DNA of 64,000 bases, from positions 2,720,001-2,784,000 of the forward strand of contig OZ245056.1 in assembly GCA_965224705.1 (NCBI GenBank). Direction: 5' to 3'. Below are positions 57,878-64,000 of this stretch, one piece after another. The DNA is from Spirochaetaceae bacterium. Its GTDB lineage: Bacteria; Spirochaetota; Spirochaetia; DSM-2461. Under the pieces are notes generated by a model. That model had not been told where the DNA came from. It worked only from the letters and a program-made list of their open reading frames with translations, and searched no databases. The stretch's first letter is position 1. Each line of letters begins with the position of its first letter. The position numbers were made by a program, and so were the translations under genes.

Positions 57878-60376
57878 CTAATAAATATTCAGGTCGAAAG
57901 CTATTACAAGATCCAATCCTGCGTCTCTAAACTCATACCATTCATTCCCAACGTCATCCGGGTACCATGTAAACACGTTATCCTTCCATTGAAATCGTTT
58001 CACAAGGTAGATTCCAATAGGAAACTGGGGATTGGCAAATCTCAGGCCTGCACCCAGACTGAAACGCCAGTCATTGCCGCTCCAATTATTCAATGCACTG
58101 ATATCTCCAGTTGGATTCTTCCAGGCCCCTACAGCATCCAGAAAAATATCAAACGAGAGAATACTGGGAACAATTGGAAACTTCAGCTGTATGGTATTGT
58201 CCCAGAGGTACCTATAGTATTCCCCGGTACTTATGGGCCAACCTCGTGCAATGAACATTCCATCGACAAAAAAGCCATTTGTTTCGGCGATATTGCCGAC
58301 AGGATCCAGCCAGGGTTTGTAAACGATTGCACTGAAAGCAGATTCAATCGAAAACACACTTCTAAACCTACCATCCTTCTTGCCAACGGGGATATCAAAT
58401 AGAAGTAGATGCCAGTTAAATTGTGTTACTGATTTAATATAGTTGCGGCTTGACAGAGATTCAAGAACACCGGCGAATGTTATGGTTTCACTCAAAAGAA
58501 ATCCCTTCGTAGGATCAAACTGAAGATCACGTGTATCCCAGCTCAATCGAAGAAATACACTGTCACTGTATCGCCATGAGTCAAGGTTTTCCCTGATTAA
58601 ACTGTTATGAGGTGTGAATTTTTTTGTATCATAGATGACATACTCCCAGGCGAGTCTGAGACCTGTCGACAGTCCCAGGCGCCCCAGCCGGGTAAACCAT
58701 GTATATCCGGTACTTAAAGTTGAAGAAAGGAAATGCGAGTCATAGGCCATCTGGGAACTTGAGGGAACAAGACTGTCAGCAGATGCATACTCTTCCCATG
58801 AGATATAAGGATCGGGGACTCCATTGAGATCTCCATCCTGGTTGACTCTGCTCCTGTAGTTATGGCTGTAACTGAACTCAATCCCGCCCATCCAGTTGTT
58901 TCCAAGCATTCGCGGTTCAGTGAATTGCACGGAAATCCGTTGTGTTGCCGGTGAAACAGAGGCCTTGGCACCGACCACCTGTCCGCGGCCAAGGAAGTTT
59001 TTATCCTGCCACGAAAAGGTCCCGGCAACAGGAAATTCATTGCCGCCGGAAAATGACAGTCCGAAGGCAATGTTGGAGATCCTGGCTTCTTCAACATCAA
59101 TAACCAGATCCATCAAGCCATCCTGACTGCCAGGATATGGTGTCGGTGTTATCGCCGAAAAATACTGAAGATTATGAAGATTGAGAGTACCCTTGATGAT
59201 TTTTGTATTACTGAAAACTTCACCTTCTTCCAGTGGGAACTCCCTTCGGATAATATAGCTTTTCGTTGTTTTGTTTCCCCGAATAATTATATTCTCAATA
59301 TAGGCTCTGTCTCTCTCGATAATACTGACTTCATATGAAACTGTATTTGTCTCGAAATCCCGTTTATCTTTGTAGGTAAGGGTTGTGAAAATATATCCAT
59401 TATCCGCATATAGATCTCTGATTTTTTGATAGTCAACCTGGAAACGTGACAAACTGAAAGTCTCACCCTTTTTTTGCGTGATAAGTTCATCAAATTCTTC
59501 TTTCGTATAGATATTATTTCCTGAAAAGGTTATTCCCCCATATTTCCAGGGTTCACCTTCGTCAAGATAAATGGATATTATCATTTTGTTCATTTTGTCT
59601 TTTTCATCAAAGATGACACTCTTATCGACATCGATAATTTTAATATCAACAAGACCCTGATCTCCATAATGTCGTTCAATAGCCTTTATGTCTTCCTGAA
59701 GTTTTGTCTCAATGTAGAGACCCTTATTAAAGAACGACTGAATTTTTGTGGTCATCAGGTTACGCAATACATTGTCAGGGACATATTTATCGTTCCCAAT
59801 AAATCTGATTTCGCTAATCTTGGTTTGTGTACCTTCCACAATGTTGAAGGTAATCGTTGCCTGCTCCGCTTCTTCATCAACCTGAAATTCCGATGATATA
59901 CTCGCATCAGTGAAACCCTTCTCCAGGTAGAGAGATTTAATGGCCTGTTCGTCGATCTGCAATAAACCCGGGTTCAATAGATCTCCATCTTTCACCAGTA
60001 TGGCATCAGTAAGTTCTCCAGGCCGGATCTTTTTGTTTCCTGAGAAAACAATATCAACAATGAGAGGCTTTTCCTGAACTTCAAAAACTAAAATGACACT
60101 GCTGGGACCCTGGTTCCCTTCCATTACTTCAGGAACTATCAACTCAAAATAATCCAGGGCATAAAGTTTGCTTTGTATGTCCCAGGATAGTGAGTCTGAG
60201 TATTTTTGACCAAGATAGGGACGTATTAATCCAAAGAGTTCGTTCTTTGTAATACTCTTGAGTCCCTCAAAGCGGATATCAGCAACAGGTTTATCGATGA
60301 ACCATTCCTTTTCCTGAGGAAACAGAGAGCCAATCCCCACAAAAACAAGGACTGTCATAAGAGTCAAACGCTGCAT
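57878..60376 (-). CDS. bamA: Outer membrane protein assembly factor BamA
   Basis: Signal peptide, five POTRA-like domains (I.F.GN; GNKTTKSYIIRRE), NFLGRGQ, beta-barrel with aromatic C-terminus. Confidence 0.95.
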   Translation of the reverse strand: MQRLTLMTVLVFVGIGSLFPQEKEWFIDKPVADIRFEGLKSITKNELFGLIRPYLGQKYSDSLSWDIQSKLYALDYFELIVPEVMEGNQGPSSVILVFEVQEKPLIVDIVFSGNKKIRPGELTDAILVKDGDLLNPGLLQIDEQAIKSLYLEKGFTDASISSEFQVDEEAEQATITFNIVEGTQTKISEIRFIGNDKYVPDNVLRNLMTTKIQSFFNKGLYIETKLQEDIKAIERHYGDQGLVDIKIIDVDKSVIFDEKDKMNKMIISIYLDEGEPWKYGGITFSGNNIYTKEEFDELITQKKGETFSLSRFQVDYQKIRDLYADNGYIFTTLTYKDKRDFETNTVSYEVSIIERDRAYIENIIIRGNKTTKSYIIRREFPLEEGEVFSNTKIIKGTLNLHNLQYFSAITPTPYPGSQDGLMDLVIDVEEARISNIAFGLSFSGGNEFPVAGTFSWQDKNFLGRGQVVGAKASVSPATQRISVQFTEPRMLGNNWMGGIEFSYSHNYRSRVNQDGDLNGVPDPYISWEEYASADSLVPSSSQMAYDSHFLSSTLSTGYTWFTRLGRLGLSTGLRLAWEYVIYDTKKFTPHNSLIRENLDSWRYSDSVFLRLSWDTRDLQFDPTKGFLLSETITFAGVLESLSSRNYIKSVTQFNWHLLLFDIPVGKKDGRFRSVFSIESAFSAIVYKPWLDPVGNIAETNGFFVDGMFIARGWPISTGEYYRYLWDNTIQLKFPIVPSILSFDIFLDAVGAWKNPTGDISALNNWSGNDWRFSLGAGLRFANPQFPIGIYLVKRFQWKDNVFTWYPDDVGNEWYEFRDAGLDLVIAFDLNIY

Positions 60377-60398
60377 AAAAGTTCCTTCAGTTTGTGCA

Positions 60399-63300
60399 CT
60401 AGTAGATAAACTGCCATTTTAATGAGATTGTATTATCGGCAATGAAATTCTGAGAAATTGCGGGATTCGGTGAGTAGGACCATTCAATATTGAAGAATGG
60501 AGTAACCATTTCCAATGAAACAGAAGTTTCGAATTCCAATCCTCCGAAGACTGAACTGAGACGCTGCCCCTCAAGATAACGAGCTGACACAACTCCAGAT
60601 GCAAATAACGCTTTTCCAATATACTTTCCTGCGTAAAGACTTGTGTTATCCAGATAGCGCCCGAAACCGGAAACTGATCTGGATTCAGCAGTTTCAGGGA
60701 CTATATTCAAACTATCGGCCAGAGTATTTCCTATTATATTGGTTTCTATTGAGACCATGTCCAGATTCAGGCCTTCCCTCAGCAGTACTTCAAATGGTTG
60801 TACAAGACCAACCTGTGCAAACATATCACCGGCAGCCAATAATACGGAACTCAATTCTGTTCCTCCGGTCCCGCTGTCCGGGGTAACAACCTGACCCAAT
60901 AAGGCAAGAATGTCAATATCAGACAGAACCGGCACTGTTTCAATTCTGGGATTGAAATCGGATTTTACGGGTGCATCATAGACCAATGCCACGGTTACTT
61001 CCTCATTCTCCTCATCATAAACCCGTGTTTCAGCTCTAAGCTGTATGGTCGGATCAAAATTCTTAAAGGCTTCATTGAAGACCATCGCTCCTTCAGTAAT
61101 CTGGAAATTACGATCGAAATAGTGGATAATTCCAGACTTGATGGGCAATGTCCCGGTGAGAGACAGTTTTCTTGGAGTATTGGTAAATGAAAAGAACAGG
61201 GTATGACCCTGTTCCGCTGTCGCCTGTACTATTTTCAACTGTTCATTTGGAAGATAGAATGTGCAGTTTTTTCCAGTTTGAATACGAAAATCAAGTGTAA
61301 CGGGTTTGGGGATTTTCCCCGGTTTTCGCTGTTTGACCGGAACACGCGGGGAATCAAGAGATGCCTCAAGGAATGGCATGGTTATATCACCCTCCAGGTG
61401 AAAGCCTCTGTAACTTCCTGTCATATGAATTTCTGCCGTTACGATTCCATCAAGGTAGACTCCCATCAGCGGATAGCTGACGGGCACCCCATCCCCTTTC
61501 CCAATTGATTGACAGCCATAGATCATGTCGATTTCACTGATTTTCCAATTCTCAAGAACCACATAGCCTTCACCATAGGCTATGCCATCTCCAACGGGAA
61601 CGACTGTTCTTTCAACGGTCATCCTGCTGCCGTCAAAGGTTACAAGAGTACTTGTTGGCTCAATATCCGCATAGGTATATGGAGTATCCACCTTGAGATC
61701 AACAGCCTGCATGGTTCCAAAAAGACTGGGTGATGCAACCGGACCCTGGATGTCAAGATTGCCCGTAACCAATCCACCCTGGAATATGACATGGTATTGA
61801 AGCAGTATTGGGTCTCTCATCATAGCGTAGTTGATGAGTATGGGATCCACTCCCAATTCCGGGAATTTCAAGTCAAGCTGACCATCATAAATTGTACCGC
61901 CGCCCCTTGCTATGATGGGCATCGGTGCCCCGGAAATAACATGGAGATTCCCATCAGCAAAAGAATAACTGAAATCAAGTATGTCTTTTTCCAGACTATT
62001 CACAGTTATGGATTCACTGTTTTTGCTGAACTGCAGTGTCAGTGGCGGAAGGTGGGGATTCTCATTCCACATTAATTCATGAGTAGCCAGAGTTCCTGAG
62101 AATCCGGTGTTTCCAAGGCCTGTAAGATTGAGGAGGGAAATACTCTTCTCAAAATTAAGCTCCAGCGCAAAACCGCTTGTGACAGGAACCTGATTGTAAG
62201 TGGCACTGAGTCCCATCGTTGTTCGTACAGACCCGGTATCCATGTTCACCAGCAACAAACCACGCTCCAGAGAAATTCCCTCATACAGGACGCTTAAACC
62301 GTGAACCTTCAGGTCATTTCTGTCCATATCTGCTTTGCCTTGAAAACTGAACGGAGTTGAGTTAAGAGACCCTTCCCGAGTCGATACATCGAGTGTCACA
62401 AGGGGATTATTCAAATTTCCGGTAAAACTGCATTGTAAATCAAGAAATCCCTGCAGATCCAGATTTCCAAACCGTTCCATTTTACCTGAAGCAATGTCCA
62501 GATCAACGGCCCAGTCATCATTGGAACGGCGAGCCGATATTGAATATGATTCACCATCATCTGATCCTGCTCTCAAGGAACCGGTAAAAAGATTGTTACG
62601 GCGGGAGTTATTAAAAGCAACTTCGCCGGCAAGAGAACCGACTGAATCCATAAAACTGACATCTGAAAAAACAATGGCTCCAGGCCTGACATTCCCCATG
62701 AATTCTACAGATGAGTTGATATCTTGTCCCTCCTGAATCAAAGTCAGTTGAGATCTGCTTATGGAAACTTCCCAGTTTTTACGCCCGACTATACCCCTTA
62801 GATTGAAATCAGCCGCGAGTCGGTTGTTCTTCAGGGGGATATTGATGTTTTCAGCCTTCACCGCCAGGGTTCGACCATTTTGTGTCACCGGGCCAAAAAC
62901 AGCTTCCAGTTCCGGGGAACCTGTTATTCTCACAGGACCTTTATGAACCCAACTTGCTTCTATGGGATAGAGTTCTTCCGCTATAATCAGACGCCCCTCG
63001 GCAAACCCGCCGTCCTCCGTCCTCTTTGCCAATCCCCGTCCTTCCACTGTATAGTCATTCCAGGATATCCGGACACCATCAAGTGACCATTGAAAGGGTG
63101 TAATTCTTCCCTGAACACTGACATGGTTCTGCTCATCTTTCTTACTCACAATGGATGCTTCATCAATGCTGAGTACCCATCCTTTGAGACTGGATTCCAA
63201 AAATCCATGAAAATTGAACAGAGAATCCCTGACTATTCCTGCACTGGAATAGTAGGAAGCATTCATGAGACTCAGAACATGACTTGCTTCAAATCCTTCA

Positions 63301-63998
63301 ACGTCAACAAATCCATAAAGAGCAGGTTGCTCCTCCATATCCAGCATCATATCGATAAATATGTGTTTATTGGCAGCCGCATCAGGAATGCCTGCCAGTA
63401 CCGAAAGTGCCATCGAATACTGCCTATCTTCTTGAAGTAATAAAATGCTGAAATCATGAAAATCAAGATTTCCGGCAATAACCTGGATTGGCTCAATGCT
63501 GATTACATCGGTTATGGTGCTGACACGGAAATCAGCATCCACAGGATAACCCAGGAGTGTTCGATCAAAATCGACAGATAACCATCCCATTGGAGTCAAA
63601 GTATCAAGGCCGACAAGCCCAGAGTATTCTGCAACTGCCCAGGGTAAGGAAACAGAGAAATTGCTGACATCGGCTTCCTGCTCATCACCCTGTGTTTTAA
63701 CATTGATCTGCCAGGGCCAGGGAAGGCCGGCCTGTGCAGGTAAAGCTATCTGCATATCCAGGTTGTATGCAAATTCATCGTCTTCTGGATTCAATGAAAC
63801 CTCAAACTCACCATCCATAATTGAATCAAACCATGGATTGAGTGCCTGGTATTCTTCTACAGGCTGAATAAACTCATTTACAACCAGATTGCCAAGAGAT
63901 CCTGAAACATTGATCCCCTCTTCAGAGAGCAGCATTGCAATATCAACAGGAAGAGCATCATTAATGCGCTGGAGTGAAAGCTTCCTGTCTTTGTAAGT
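60399..63998 (-). CDS. tamB: TamB/AsmA-like translocation-assembly protein (5'-truncated by window edge)
   Basis: The frame stays open to the window end; beta-rich repeats and a TamB-like C-terminus (FDRNFQITEG, LYAGKYIG); directly upstream of bamA. Confidence 0.8.
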   Translation of the reverse strand, partial: TYKDRKLSLQRINDALPVDIAMLLSEEGINVSGSLGNLVVNEFIQPVEEYQALNPWFDSIMDGEFEVSLNPEDDEFAYNLDMQIALPAQAGLPWPWQINVKTQGDEQEADVSNFSVSLPWAVAEYSGLVGLDTLTPMGWLSVDFDRTLLGYPVDADFRVSTITDVISIEPIQVIAGNLDFHDFSILLLQEDRQYSMALSVLAGIPDAAANKHIFIDMMLDMEEQPALYGFVDVEGFEASHVLSLMNASYYSSAGIVRDSLFNFHGFLESSLKGWVLSIDEASIVSKKDEQNHVSVQGRITPFQWSLDGVRISWNDYTVEGRGLAKRTEDGGFAEGRLIIAEELYPIEASWVHKGPVRITGSPELEAVFGPVTQNGRTLAVKAENINIPLKNNRLAADFNLRGIVGRKNWEVSISRSQLTLIQEGQDINSSVEFMGNVRPGAIVFSDVSFMDSVGSLAGEVAFNNSRRNNLFTGSLRAGSDDGESYSISARRSNDDWAVDLDIASGKMERFGNLDLQGFLDLQCSFTGNLNNPLVTLDVSTREGSLNSTPFSFQGKADMDRNDLKVHGLSVLYEGISLERGLLLVNMDTGSVRTTMGLSATYNQVPVTSGFALELNFEKSISLLNLTGLGNTGFSGTLATHELMWNENPHLPPLTLQFSKNSESITVNSLEKDILDFSYSFADGNLHVISGAPMPIIARGGGTIYDGQLDLKFPELGVDPILINYAMMRDPILLQYHVIFQGGLVTGNLDIQGPVASPSLFGTMQAVDLKVDTPYTYADIEPTSTLVTFDGSRMTVERTVVPVGDGIAYGEGYVVLENWKISEIDMIYGCQSIGKGDGVPVSYPLMGVYLDGIVTAEIHMTGSYRGFHLEGDITMPFLEASLDSPRVPVKQRKPGKIPKPVTLDFRIQTGKNCTFYLPNEQLKIVQATAEQGHTLFFSFTNTPRKLSLTGTLPIKSGIIHYFDRNFQITEGAMVFNEAFKNFDPTIQLRAETRVYDEENEEVTVALVYDAPVKSDFNPRIETVPVLSDIDILALLGQVVTPDSGTGGTELSSVLLAAGDMFAQVGLVQPFEVLLREGLNLDMVSIETNIIGNTLADSLNIVPETAESRSVSGFGRYLDNTSLYAGKYIGKALFASGVVSARYLEGQRLSSVFGGLEFETSVSLEMVTPFFNIEWSYSPNPAISQNFIADNTISLKWQFIY

Positions 63999-64000
63999 CA

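Overview
A compact housekeeping region of a spirochaete chromosome (Spirochaetota, probably a free-living Spirochaetaceae-like lineage; inferred from gene order and the giant GreA). The + strand carries aroH (5'-truncated), map, tRNA-Thr/tRNA-Tyr, then MBL hydrolase-mltG-dnaG-rpoD-Zn-ribbon-rnpB-TPR-mreBCD-mrdA-rodA, and later TPR-greA. The - strand carries tamB-bamA-skp-mutS-comF, rimP-nusA-infB-rbfA-truB, rpsO-pnp-dut-lptF-lptG-tgt-murJ-HEAT, and rpe-...-recA-folK-scpAB-rluB-cmk-rpsA-EBP-TPR-CHASE2 cyclase-lipoprotein-mazG. Accessory DNA is confined to two hot spots. (1) 1.37-2.97 kb: an IS1-like insertion sequence with an apparent DDD triad, bipartite terminal IRs and no visible target duplication, sitting inside a palindrome that abuts tRNA-Tyr, followed by a ~140-bp MITE-like hairpin. 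(2) 45.6-47.9 kb, where ribF would normally lie: an internally deleted copy of the same MITE, a relic cassette bounded by inverted CGCAGAG arrays with a decayed GxxExxY-like gene end, and an APC transporter fused to a PTS-EIIA domain. Also notable: a long structured rpsO leader, a palindromic operator candidate over the recA promoter, a sensor-less sigma54-activator-like protein with GAFTGA changed to GAYTDS, and a likely leaderless rpe mRNA. No CRISPR array, rRNA or prophage was seen. All calls come from reading the sequence; no database searches were run.
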